This document shows, piece by piece, positions 49,121-61,531 of a DNA stretch of 64,000 bases. Source of the DNA: Squalus acanthias (lineage: Eukaryota). Position 1 is the stretch's first letter. Every line of letters starts with the position of its first letter. Made by a program: the position numbers and the translations under genes. A model generated the notes under the pieces. It was not told the DNA's origin. It was given only the letters and a program-made list of their open reading frames with translations, and ran no database searches. The stretch spans positions 132,742,001 through 132,806,000 of the forward strand of contig CM059429.1 of the NCBI GenBank assembly GCA_030390025.1. Direction: 5' to 3'.

Positions 49121-49401
49121 TTCCCTGCTTGGTGTTCACCTTTCTCCTTTGTAAAGTGCTGAGACATCACTTTACCTGAACTGCATTACATAATGTGTGG
49201 CAGCACTCTCGCAGAGTCAGAAGGTCATGGGTCATTGATACAGTCTAGTAGAAAACATTAATTTTCACTAAATACTGTAAAACAAATTACAGGTACAAAA
49301 CTTTTTCTGAACTATAACTGGGGTTGTGACTGGATCCTTGGAAGCACGCACATGCAAGAATACGTGTTACCTCCATTCCTATGGTACAACTGTAAATTAA
49401 G

Positions 49402-49855
49402 TGTCAGCCTTGACTCCATGGTAGCACTCTCACTGAGTTAGAAGGTCGTGGGTTCAAGGCCTACTCCAGAGACTTGATAATCCAGACTGACACTTCAGTC
49501 CAGTACTGAGGTAGTGCTGCACTATCGGAGGTGCCATCTTTCAGCTGAGATGTTAAACCGAGGCCTCCTCTGATCTCTCAGGTAAGTGTAAAAGATCCCA
49601 TGGCACTGTTGGAAGAAGAGTGAGGGTATTCTTTTGCGGTCCTGGCCAATGTTTATCCCTCACCCAACATCACTAAAGCAGATTATCTGGTCATTACCCC
49701 ATTGCTGTTTGTGGGGACTTGCTGTGTGCAAATTGGCTGCCACGTTTCCCTACATTACAACCATGACTACACTTCAAAAAGTACTTTATTGGCTGTAAAG
49801 TGTTTTGGGACGTCCTGACAACGTGAAAGGTGCTTCACAAATGCAAGTCCTCTCC
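49402..49855 (+). mobile_element. Deu-SINE (SacSINE1-like), full length
   Basis: GGGTTCAAGGCC B-box-like sequence; Deu domain GGAGGTGCCATCTTTCAGCTGAGATGTTAAACCGAGG; L2-like tail. Confidence 0.92.
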
Positions 49856-49884
49856 TTTTACCTAAATCAAGTATTCTCCTGTAC

Positions 49885-49979
49885 ACTTGCGTTCTGACGA
49901 TCTGAAACGTTAACTCTGTTCCTCTCTCCACAGATGCTGCCTGACCTGCTGAGTATTTCCAGCATTTTCCGTTCTTATT
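49885..49979 (+). mobile_element. 95-bp PLE terminal fragment with hammerhead boxes and 13-bp flanking duplication
   Basis: GTT-CTGACGA-TCT-GAAA-CGTT-AAC at 49891-49914, then the PLE terminal block; TATTCTCCTGTAC at 49872-49884 and 49980-49992. Confidence 0.8.
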
Positions 49980-50419
49980 TATTCTCCTGTACCTGGGTTG
50001 GATCCTATTACAACTACATATCAGCTTGAGCACCCGCAACGAATTCCAATAACACTGGGCTCCATGGTAAACCTGTAAGGTCAAGCGGGGATTAAAGTAC
50101 TGCAGATAATGTATTCTGTGTACAGCGTGCATTTTTCTGCTTCAGTTTCACGGTTCAACGGAAATTCTGGGCAGGAATCTGGATTAAAATCTAGCTAACC
50201 GAGTTTACTGTCCTGCCACCTTCGCGTTGACTTTAAAAAATCAACACCCCATCACAAAACGGCTGGGGGGCGGGGGTGGAGTTGCAAATCCTCGGATCGC
50301 GAAGAAAATCAATCTCCATAATCACATGATGTGCATCAAAACCAGTGCTGCTCAGAAGACTATCCCTGGTAATGGTGAGAAGTCCCCGCATAGATACAGC
50401 AACCTGACCGTTTAGTTCA

Positions 50420-50830
50420 CACCTCGGCTCTGTCCACGCGTGTGGTACACCCTATATGAAGTCCACTCCCACACAATGTGGATGGAACAGATTTGCAGGA
50501 GCACAATGAGTAATGGCGTGTCAGCAGGTAGAGGGAGCGCTTACCCAGTCCCGGCTAATGGTCGCCTGGGGCAGCGAGCGCTGCAAAGCCTCCCGCACAC
50601 CCGAGCTACACCGCACAGACAAACCTGTGCCTGCAGCCGAGCGTCCCGGCTCGCCGAGAGCAGCGAGGACAATGCCCGCCAACAGCAAGCTAGACCAGTC
50701 CGAATATCCGTGGCTGGAAAGCAACTTACAGGTTTAAATGGCAAAATCGTCGATAGAACACTGGATCTTTTCCGTGTAAGGTGCGCGATAAATAATAGAA
50801 GAGACTGAGCGTAGGGCTTGAGCACGGACA
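50420..50830 (-). promoter_or_regulatory. CpG island with candidate exon (minus strand)
   Basis: Dense CpG/GC; donor GACTGG|GTAAGC (exon ends at 50545); possible acceptor TTGCTTTCCAG| before 50713; no recognisable protein. Confidence 0.5.
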
Positions 50831-53032
50831 TGATGGAGAGTCTAGATGTCGCGAAATTTTCAAAAAAACAAACTGCTACAATAAACCTATACCTCCCAAC
50901 GGATCTAGTAGAAGCAGGGAATGTAGCTGTTTTTAAACACTGGGATGTCGCTCCTATTGTTCTCCGCTACACATCGCTCAGGTCGAGGAACTTTTACCTT
51001 GCATTTCACGCTGCACTTTGCAACCTGGCTCGTGTATTTAAAAACAGATTTCTTGAAGCATTCTTTTCATAAAAGCCACCCACTGAAAGAGGAGGTCTGC
51101 ATTGCAGAGAGCTCAAAGTGCTCCATTTAATAAACTACAGGCTGAGTTAAAGAAACCCAGTGCTGGTCCGCAAAAACACCCAGTGAATAGGACTGCACAA
51201 GGCTGGAAACCTCATTCAGACATCCATTTATCACTGGATTCCAACAACCCCCCTCTCTGCCCCGAGACAACAAGAGTCGTATTTTTATAAAAAGCCACAG
51301 AGAATCCTAATTTCCATACTTGAAGCACCATAACTGTTCAGTCTGTAATTTATTAAATAGTGCATTGTATCACTTGGCCTCCTGACTAAAGTAGGAGTGA
51401 GTGCAAATTCACCAAAATCAAAATGTGTGAAAACTGTAAATAAGTTGCTAATAATAGCAACAGATGATACTTTAGGTACGATATTACTTCGCCCGCCCCC
51501 CAAAAAGTAAAATTACTCGAGGGATGAGTAATTAAAGCTGGCTGTAGTTTTTTTTCCTGCAAAGGTCAGTATGAGAGGAAAGTCTTCAAAGATCCAGTGG
51601 AAAGGCTCTGGAAAACAAATCTGTCAGCACCTTTACCTTCCGTACCACTGTACTAAATACAGGTTTTCAGAGAAGCAATCTGTCATGGTTCCGGAAAAAA
51701 TGGCAGCTAATAATGCCAGTAAAATTCATGAAATATTAATGTAAAAAAAACATATCATTTCTAAAATAAGGCTGTGGTAGGTTATAAAGAGTCTGATCGA
51801 TCAATTGACAGATTAGATTAATCAATTGACGGATTTTTTGCAAGTCGTACCAATACTTTCAACAACAAAAAAGCAGTAACGTTTTAAATGAGTCGAAATA
51901 GGTCAAAGAGTAATGCTGAGCAACATTGCTGCTGAAGGCGAATGTCTCCTGAATAAATGCATTATACAACACTGACAACTTCCTGATACCCGGACATAAG
52001 GGGCAAACAGCGAGCCCGGCGCATGTCAGTTTATAATACTAGCACGGAGGCAAATCCTTTCATTGCTTCCAGCTCAGACATTCAATAAATTTACTGCAGC
52101 GAGGGTGGGGGATGGGTGATGGTTGTGTCTTTTTTTCAACCCCTTAATTTGGATTGAAAGATCAAACCAGCAGCAGGTTAAATCTGCATACTTCAGTCTG
52201 GTCGTAAAGTTAAACATACAGTTTGTTTTCCAGTATAAAATAAAATACACAAGTTTCACTTCAGACGTCTTAATTCTGAAACTATTAAACTTTAGCGGTC
52301 TTCTAATGAACACTAAGTACAATTGTTTCTCAAACTGAATTACGCTTTACGTACACCAATGAAAAGTGACACCGTATTACAAGAAACCGACAGCTTATCT
52401 TTACTATGTTTTCCTTTCTCAGCACCTAATGGTTTAGGTTGCTGCACCAGAGGAAAATGTTCTCAACCACTGATACACCTACCCGCGACGTCATAACCAG
52501 GCAATTTACAACGGATGTCATCTATCCACCTTACTATCTGCTCACAGATCTCTATTTTATATCCTGTCACAAATGGTAACTACTATGAAGGTATGCGAGA
52601 CCCAGAGTGACTGCAGATTAAAAACGCAGCGACCCATTTTTTTGTGGAATAAAGTATCAGCGGCATTTTTCTGGGTCACCTTTGGGCCTCTTTGAAAAAA
52701 AAAAATGGATATTGTATGGATCTCTATCATAGTTTCAGCACATTTGAATGCTATTGCAGTTGACTGTTCAAAACTGACCAAGAATACATCAATGGCTGAT
52801 TATTTATTGAATTTTTGTGTTCCTTATTTTGTGTAGGGCACTTTTTTAATGTCCTTATGAGGGAAGTGGCTTCTACTTTAGGAACCCCAAAAGGACTAAT
52901 GAACATTAAATCATATGAGAAATGCACACCAACACACACACAGTGGCAGACCCTCACATCAGACCCTCACATCACTTTAAGGTCAGTCATTGCTGCATGT
53001 TTGGGCTTGGCCAAAACTGAATGCAAATAATG

Positions 53033-53142
53033 ATCATACAACACAGAAGGCGGCCATTTGGTCCATCGTACCTGTGCCAGCTCTATGAAAGAGCTATCCA
53101 ATTATTCCCACTCCCCTGCTCTTTCCCCATAGCCATGCAAAT
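53033..53142 (-). mobile_element. CR1 3' tail fragment
   Basis: ATCATACAACACAGAAGGCGGCCATT..AAAGAGCTATCCAATTA; near-identical to 55243-55350. Confidence 0.85.
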
Positions 53143-53238
53143 TTAATCACAACTTTTTAATTCCCGATCATGTTGCGGTTTTGAGAATTTACGTGCAGCA
53201 CAATGGATTTTTATCAAACTCAGTCAGTTATACCAACT

Positions 53239-54709
53239 CTGTATTGCCAACTCTCGCGATTCCATCGCAAGAGATGCAATTTCAGAGTGAAATAAAGCTT
53301 CACTCGCTATCTCGCGATGGAACACCTAAATCTCATGATTTTTGTTCGGAAAAATACGTCGATTTGTGCATGCACGGAAAATACGCATATTTGTCGTTCG
53401 GCGGGGAACGGTCTCTTTTTGGCCTGTTAGAAATGGCAGCGGCCTCGAAGTGAGTGGGTGACTAGGGGATGGCAGGGGGTCAACTGTTCGCAGCAGCAAA
53501 ACTGAGGGGCAGCAGCAGGAGCGAGTTCCATTTTTAAATTAGTGCGAGCGGCCTGGGTCCATTGAACCACCTCCATGGGGGGGGAAAGAAGATGGACAGC
53601 TCAAAGATCACCCCTTGGCTCCACACAATATGGGGGGGGGGGGGGGGCGGGCGGTGGAAGAGGGGGTCAGGATCCAGGATGGGGTGTCTCGGGCAGTTTC
53701 ATTCTAACGGGGCAGCTCCACCCGGGGCTCCAACAAAACCAGCTCCAAAAAAAACCAACCCGGGCCACCAAACTGCCCAGCCTGCGCACATTGACCAATG
53801 AAAGCAGCGACCTCACCCACAGCACCGACACCAGCAGCACCGCTGCCGCTTTAATGCAAAACATGGGGGAGAATCCGCTCCACCGCCGCTTCCCGGCCTA
53901 AAGCAGATGAACGTGTCGGAGAGCCAGGTTCGGCTTCGCTTCCCTCTCTCGCTCCCTGTCTCCCGGTGTCGGGCTCTGCCTCTCCCCAGCTCTCACTCTC
54001 CGCAATCAGCAGCAGGTTGCGTGGTCAGTGTTGCGGAGGATGCGCTACTCACAGGCTGAGAGACATCCAGGTCTAGATATAACAGATAGGTCAGCTGGAT
54101 GGATAAACAGCACTGTCATTGTCAAAAATTACTTATATTGATCCTCAGAAGCACTTTCAGACACTTTGCTGGACACCAAGCCACATAAGGAGATATATGG
54201 GCAGGTGACCAAAAGCTCGGTCAAAGAGGTAGGTTTTGAGGAGAGAGAGAGCTAGAGAGGCAGAGAGGTTTAGGGAGGGAATTCCAGAGCTTAGCTGAAA
54301 GCACGGCCGCCAATGGTGGAGCGATTAAAATCAAGTATGCACAAGAGGCCCAAATTGGAGCAGCGCAGATATCTTGGAGGGTTGTCGGGCTGGACGAGGT
54401 TATGTTCCGGAAAAAGTAATGGTCAAAAGCAGAGCGAGGCCGGCCTGTGAGTGATGTGATAGTGGTGTCACCGATCCACCTACTCCTGCTCCTATTTCTT
54501 TTGTTCTTATGTAGTAATCGGTTAGTGACGGCCGAATGCGCTTCCTGTCCGGGAGCAAAGGTCGCAAAATGCACTTCCTGTCTGGGAGCAAACGTCAGTG
54601 AGGGGTCAGGGCCAGGGGAAAAAAATAGCAACTCATCATTTCTTACCAAATCTCATGACTTTTAAGAGTTTGTCACATGATTTATGAGACACTGGGGTTG
54701 GCATTACTG
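53239..54709. mobile_element. Non-autonomous DNA transposon (hAT-like TIRs) carrying nested LINE tails
   Basis: TIRs CTGTATTGCCAACTC and (reverse complement) CAGTAATGCCAACCC; CCAACT duplicated at 53233-53238 and 54710-54715; AAATCTCATGA present near both ends. Confidence 0.65.
54150..54402 (-). mobile_element. L2 3' fragment
   Basis: GACACCAAGCCACATAAGGAGATA..GGTCAAAGAGGTAGGTTTT..GGGAATTCCAGAGCTTAG. Confidence 0.9.
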
Positions 54710-55059
54710 CCAACTCTGCAAAAATATTTACATGCGTCAGAAAAATGTACAAATGACTGCTTCCTCGGCTTCCAGTTTTTTCTCATCTCTCCTGAAGGAA
54801 GTGACTTATGCTGGGAGATAACCTCAGATGTTCCAGCAGCCAGCCAGCACCTACCCTTGATATGTTAGTTTAGATAGTGATTGCCAACAAGCTATGTATC
54901 AACTGCAGTCTTCACCCATGTCCAAACATCTGTACTTCCCAACACAGCACTGATCAGCAGCAGGAACTCAGTAATTTTTCTGCTTCTTAGTCCAGGGGAC
55001 ACTGAGACAAACTTATGGCAGTTTTATATTGATCAACAGTGTGATCAACAGTGGATTTT

Positions 55060-55730
55060 TTTTTAATTAATTCTCGGGGTGTGGACATCGCTGGCAAGAC
55101 CAACATTTATTGCCCATCCCTAGGTGGTGATGGACCTTCTTGAACCACTGCAGTCCATGCTTATAGTGGTTTGATACAACTGAGTGGCTTGCTTCAGAGA
55201 GTGGTTCAGAATCAGTCATGTTGGTGTGGAGTCACAGATAGAATCATACAGCACAGAAGGAGGCCATTCAGCCCATTGTGCCTGTGCCAGCTCTTTGAAA
55301 GAGCTATCCAATTAGTGCCACTCCCCTGCTCTTTCCCTGTAGCCCTGCTAATTTTTCCTTTAAGTATATATCTACTTCCCTTTTGAAAGTTACTATTAAA
55401 TCTGCTTCCACCACCCTTTCAGGTCATGCATTCCAGATAATTACAACTTGCTGTGTAATTTTTTTTTAGCTCAGACTGGGTAAGGATGGCTGATTTCCTT
55501 CCCTGAAGGACATTAATGTTGGGTTTTTAATGACAAAAAAAAGTTAGGTTTTTATGACAATCCATGGTCGCTTTTATTTTTACTGATACCAGCTTTTTAT
55601 TTCCAGGTTTTTTTTTTTTTTTTTTAAACTGAATTTAAAATCTCAAACTGTCATGATAGTATTTGAACTCATTTGTTAGTCCAGGTCTCTGGATTACTAG
55701 TCCAGTAACATAACCACACTATTGCACCCT
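55060..55730 (-). mobile_element. SINE family C, near full length, interrupted by a CR1 tail
   Basis: CATTTATTGCCCATCCCTA tail, ATTTCCTTCCCTGAAGGACATTA core and GGATTACTAGTCCAGTAACATAACCAC head. Confidence 0.8.
55237..55468 (-). mobile_element. CR1 3' tail inserted in SINE C
   Basis: ATAGAATCATACAGCACAGAAGGAGGCCATTC..CTGCTTCCACCACCCTTTCAGG. Confidence 0.85.
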
Positions 55731-56989
55731 CAGGCAATACTTTCCTTGCACTCCTGGACAGAATCAAGAAAAGGCCACATTCTCAATGTGTTAAAATGAA
55801 GACACATTGTATAGCCTCCTCATCTAGCTCATTCTTTTCCAATATCTCATAACCTTGGCATTCTTCATCAACCTATGTCTTCCCTTCCTTTCACATTCTT
55901 GGCACTACCTACTTCCTGATTTAGCCATATCTTTTACTCTCTTCAACCTCACTATGGTTCTTGGCCCTTCACCTTGTTTCTCAATTAAAAAAAAAACTTA
56001 TCAGTGTATAATGGAGTCATTAAGGCAGTCTTAGCTATTAGTATTCAAATTGTTAGGCATTACTAATAATTTCCTTACTTTTCTTGCAATGAAAGCATTG
56101 TTTCTGCAAAGTATATCACACATTCAGTGTTGCATGCGCTACAAAGCAGTGCTTTTCTGGAAATTCCATGGTACCACTGTGAATTAACAGTATAACTGGC
56201 CTGACCTCTGAAAAGTCTTAGGTGGATTCACTACCAAGAGCCAGTACTAACCTCATGTTATAGTCTTACAATGATCACTGGTGCAACTTATCTGCAGTAT
56301 TTTAGTCTGCTGACAAGACCAGAATCTCTGTTGACACTGGAGATTTTGCACCAGTATTAGTCTAGTATAATTGTAAGTCTCTAGCTACTCATGTACTGCC
56401 ATTCTATTTACTTCTGAATGAAAAGGAGATGAGTCAACAGAATGGCAATAGGTTTCCAGTGAAAATCTATGCATGCTGCTGTTTACCATTTCAGCAGGTA
56501 CATGTGATCAGAATAACTGGCCTCCACTTCAGTAAATCCACATCTGCTGATTCAATAATAGAGTCCTGTACTGCATCAGCCCATGTACAGCAGGGGTAGG
56601 AGTTATATTGGATCTAAATCAGCACTCATCTAAAACCAAACTCCTGAGATCAGTTTTGTTTACAGTGGGATCGATTCAGAATGCATAAATTGACCCAAAT
56701 ATCAGCTGACTTAATGTCTGATTTGACCTCTGAAACACAGTACATCTATGGCAGTAATCAGCACCTGGATCAGTGCCAGTCTAAAATACACAAATCTTTA
56801 ATTTTCAAATGGTTTGGTACATATACATTTACACTATTAGAGTTTACTTTTGAACTACTGCACTTGTGTATTTCAGCGTAAATGGAGCATTTTATTTTTT
56901 TTGAATTCTCTAACTTTCTCCTGTCCTCTTCTGAAGACACTGACTTCCTTACTAGGACATAATGCCACAAATGGTTGTTGCCCTCTGTT

Positions 56990-57290
56990 ATCTTGTGTAA
57001 GTGGCTATTATTCATTGATGAGGTTAGATTGTGAATGTTGGCAGGTTACCCAAGTGTGGAGGTCATCACAGCCAAGGCTGATCGAGTCCTCACCCATCAT
57101 TCACATACACACACTTCCAGCTGGAGTCGTTCAGTAGTGACTCGAACAGGAACCCTAGCCAAATCTTCTTACCCTAACCCAGGAATGCTATGGCCAATTA
57201 CAACACCACTCCCACTGCCCCAGGAAAACATCAGGTAACTCAACTCAGACAAGGGATTGAACATAGTCTAGTCTATATGGCTCCGAGATG
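56990..57290 (-). mobile_element. SINE family B, degraded
   Basis: AAGTGGCTATT..CATCACAGCCAAG..CCTAACCCAGG..AACTCAGAC..GGGATTGAAC. Confidence 0.6.
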
Positions 57291-58754
57291 GTGACTGTAT
57301 TTATAAGCCATCCAAAGAGCCCAAATGGAGCATTTTAAATATCAGGATGGCTGTAGTAAATGGGGGTGACTGAATAACCAGGGCTCGTGTCCTGACTGTA
57401 AAGTTACATCCTTCATTCCTGTACAAGCTGGTAGTGGCTACATTAGTCTGTGGAATGGACAGAAAAGTATCTGGGATGTTGTTCGCACTGCTGAAATACA
57501 ATTGTAGGATTCAACAAGAATCTCAACTGATACCATTTTTGAATATGGCTTATCCTTATTTTACCTTCCCACGAAGCATGCAGGTGCATAATGCGATAGA
57601 AACCATGGGTAGCAGATCACTCCAACTAGGGGTAGTGGGAAGAAAAAATGTCACAACCAGTTCATGTCACAAAATACATCCCTTCATATTTGATTGAGAA
57701 ACAATGGAATGCAGCAGTGGCAATTTTAATGGGTGGGGGAATAAAACAAGGGAAATCAAATAGAGAAATTGTCGCATAAACATTTGCATATACTAGGGAT
57801 CATGTAGCCCATAAATTTAACTACCAAATGTAGCATTTATTGCAAGAATAGTAAAATGTACTTATTCAGGCATTACATTAACTTTCTCCCTTACTATGAA
57901 TTCAGTGTATGTTGAGTGGCCTGGATATATTGTCATTTACTAATTGCACACCAATATTCACTCTTACACTGCTATATATAGGATTCCAATAGTCATTTAA
58001 ACAGATTTTCAGAAAACTAAAGATTAGTACTCTATTATTGTATCCATATGAAGTATGTGTTAGAGATCTATCTACTTTGATGATATTGCAAGATACTACC
58101 AAAAATTCAGCCCGATTTACAACATACAGTAAAACACAGCGTTAGAGAAAAGTATGACCAACTACAGAACAATAAGTGGTCAGTTTTTTAATATTTCTAA
58201 ATTTGTATCTGAAATGTCTTTACTTGCATTATTTCATAGACAGGTATTCCCACTGTCAATCTACTTGCAGCATGCTCAATAGTGGATTTAAAATCATGTA
58301 TAATTCCTCAGCAAATTGCACATGCCTGACACATCCATCACAGAAAGATTGTAATCACTGGACTTAGATCCATTTCACATTCAATAATTACAATCTTTTC
58401 TGCTTGCTCATCAATTTCTTTGTAAATTAAATTGTTGTTAAAAATAACTCGGTAGGCAGCACTATATATTAGTAAACAATGTATTGGCCATGAAATGGTA
58501 GAACATGGGTCTGTGGCTACAGTTCCTAAGAGGCAAGCACCAATGGCATTAAAGAGGACATGACAGTGGAGGCCAGGAATTTTCCACAAGAAATACAAAG
58601 AACAATTTTAAATATCTGGGGGAAAAAGTTCCAAAAACAGAACAATTGGTTTAAATTATATTTTCAATAGTAAGCGCGTATTTATAATAAATTTAATCTT
58701 AAGCAATCTTGTGTTTCCTCAATGTCATGTGGGTAGATGCACCACACGATGTTG

Positions 58755-58985
58755 CACTGGGCCATACAGACCAAAAAAAGTCACAAGTTCGATCCCCAGT
58801 CTCTGTCGAGTTAGCTGATCTTGCTAATATCTGTCAGGTGGCAGTTTGAGCATGAAAACTGGCATTATTCTTCGCAGGTTAGAGGAGCAACAAGTCAACC
58901 TTGGCTCCTGCTTCTGATTGCTATTCAATGGCACCTGGTGAAAAGTGCACGTGTACAGACAGGATTGAGCTCAAGTATAATGGGT
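58755..58985 (+). mobile_element. SINE family B, 5' part
   Basis: GCCATACAGACCA..AGTTCGATCCCCAGTCTCTG..GAGTTAGCTGATCT..CTGATTGCTATTCAATG. Confidence 0.7.
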
Positions 58986-58989
58986 TCTA

Positions 58990-60280
58990 CTGTCTCCTCC
59001 CAAATCCATGTCCATTTTTCCTGTGACTCCATGAATGAACCCCTTCAATCAACTTTCCACCCCTGCCACAGCACTGAAACGGCCCTGATCAAAGTCACAA
59101 ACGACATCCTATGTGACTGTAACGATGGTAAATTAGCTCTCCTCAACCTGTCTGCAGACTTAGACACAGTCGACCACAACATCCTCCTCCAACGCCTCTC
59201 CTCTGTAGTCCAGCTGGGTGGGACTGCCCTCACCTGGTTCCATTCTTATCTATCCAGTTGGAGCCAGAGAATCACCTGTAATGCTTCTCTTCCCACTTCG
59301 TTACCTCTGGAGTCCCCCAAGGATCTATTCTTGGCCTCCCCACCCCTATTTCTCATCTACATGCTGCCCCTTTGTGACGTCAGCCAAAAACTCAACAGCA
59401 GGTCCCACATGTACGCTGATGACACCCAGCTCTACCTCACCACCACCTCTCTTGACCAGTCCACTAGCTCTGATTTGTCACACTGCTTGTCCAACATCCA
59501 GTACTGGATGAGAAGAAATTTCCTCCAACTAAATATTTAGAAGATCGAAGCCATTGTCTTCAATCCCTGCCACAAACTCCATTCCCTAGCCACTGACTCC
59601 ATTCCTCGCCCTGGCCACTGTCTGAGGTTGAACCAGACTGTTTGCAACCTTGGCATCCTATTTGACCAAGATGAGCTTCCAATCCCATATCCACTCCATC
59701 ACGAAGACTGCCTATTTCCACCTCCATAACATCACCCTCCTCCGCCCGCCTCAGTTCATCTACTGAAACCCTCATCGATTCCTTTGTTACCTCGAGACTT
59801 GAATATTCCAATGCTCTCCTGACCGGCCTCCCATTTTTGACCCTCCATAAATGCACACCAAATCCCATTCACCCATCACCTCTGCGCTCACTGACCTACA
59901 TTGGCTCCCAGTCCAGCAATACAACAATTTTAAAATTCTCATCCTTGTGTTCAAATCCCTACCCATCTCTGTAACCTCCTCCAACCCTCCGAGATATCTG
60001 TGCTCCTCCAATTCTGGCCTCTTGCACATACCCATTTTAAATCGCACTACTGGCAGCCATGCCTTCATCTGCCAAGGCCCAAAGCTCTGGAATTCCCTCC
60101 CTAAACCTCTCCACATCTCTAGCTCGCTCTTCTCCTTAAAACCTACCTCTTTGACCAAGTTTTTGGTCATCTGTCCTAATATCTCTTTATGTGGCTCGGT
60201 GTCAAATTTTGTTTGGAAACACTCCCTTGAAGCGCATTGGGGCATTTTACTACATTAAAGGATGCAAGTTGTTGCTGTTG
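58990..60280 (+). mobile_element. L2 LINE, 5'-truncated with internal deletions
   Basis: FHPCHSTETALIKVTNDIL, DTVDHNILL, MYADDTQLY, DLHWLPV; tail CAAGTTGTTGCTGTTG. Confidence 0.95.
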
Positions 60281-61514
60281 AATAGGTTGCTAACACCACT
60301 TCCCTGTATCACACTTAAAAACTGGCATTTAGCTGAAGCACTGAAGGACCATGCACACCTATGCCCTCAAATGAATTACTACCTTCAGAAGGGGCAAGGG
60401 AGATAATCAGAAGGAAAATTGAAGTAAAATCCTCAAATTACAAATGGAGGTTTCCTTCACTGATGAAAACTATCTAAAACAAGTTAAGCACAGTGTACTA
60501 TACATCATTAGTTTTTGGTAATATTTTCCCCGGACCTTAATTTCAAATCTGTGAGGAGCTAAAGAGTTGAAAACCAATACCTAATATTGGACAGGAGTGT
60601 GTAATGTTCCCGGGTTCATTTAATGGCACGGTTATATTGTAGAGCCACTTCCACTGGAAACTGTTGTGCAATGTGCTAAGGCTGCTGATGCTCTCTACAT
60701 TCCTGCGCAGAATTCAGAGCAGGGCAGGAGTACTGATGCAACTGGATGTGCATATTCTTGCTCAAAGTTGCATTTGCGATTTTAAGTTTCTGGTCCCGGG
60801 TGGTGCGTTCCCGGAATTCTTATCATAACTAATCTTTGTAGAGATGATAAATCGCGGGTCATCGTCAAGGCGAAAGCACGCCCCTAACTACTGCCATTGC
60901 TGAAAGCTTTTATATTTTCTCCTGAACTAATGCCGTTCTGACGGTCAATATGGGGTCAATGACTCAAGCCTTTTGCCTAAAAAAGTTGGTTTCGGTCAGC
61001 ATAGTAACTGCATTTTTGCTGGATTAGATTTCGAAAGCCTCGATTTGATGGGGTTTTTTTGTATTTAGAACTTAATGTGGGTTTGTAAACTTCGAGAGGA
61101 GGTGGTTGCACGCAAATTCTATTCTTTGCACTTCGACACGTTTACGAAACCGATCGCCAAAAAACAGAAGAACATTTTGCAGAAGTGCAACGCTGAAGTT
61201 GCGAAATGAACAGCAGAAGTGTCGCCAGTGAGATTAGCCAAATCCGGGGTTTATGTTGCTTCTAAACGAAGTGTGGTTTCCAACCCTCAGCCACATTGCC
61301 CGACATACAATGTCTTCAATCTTCGGCTTTCAGTCCACTAATGAATGAAGGATTTCGCACAAGAAGCCCGTGCTACGCTCCAGCAGCTTTCTAATCCACA
61401 TATTTATGCGAATCGACAAAGCTATCGCACAGTTCTACATCTAACCCCGCAGATTTCATCTTTCGCTTTTGATTCTGACGGCTGAGGTATTGTTTTTATG
61501 CCAAAAGAAAAGAC

Positions 61515-61531
61515 ACACACACACACACACA
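61515..61531. repeat. (CA)n microsatellite
   Basis: Direct reading. Confidence 0.9.

Noticed and set aside
52947-52974. 13-bp tandem duplication CAGACCCTCACAT
   Set aside because: Ordinary slippage duplication.
56468-56505. Plus-strand TGCATG..TTTCAG|CAG|GTACAT microexon-like signal
   Set aside because: Weak donor, short pyrimidine tract, and opposite to the inferred transcription direction.
58821-59540. 239-aa ORF
   Set aside because: SINE sequence read into frameshifted L2 RT.
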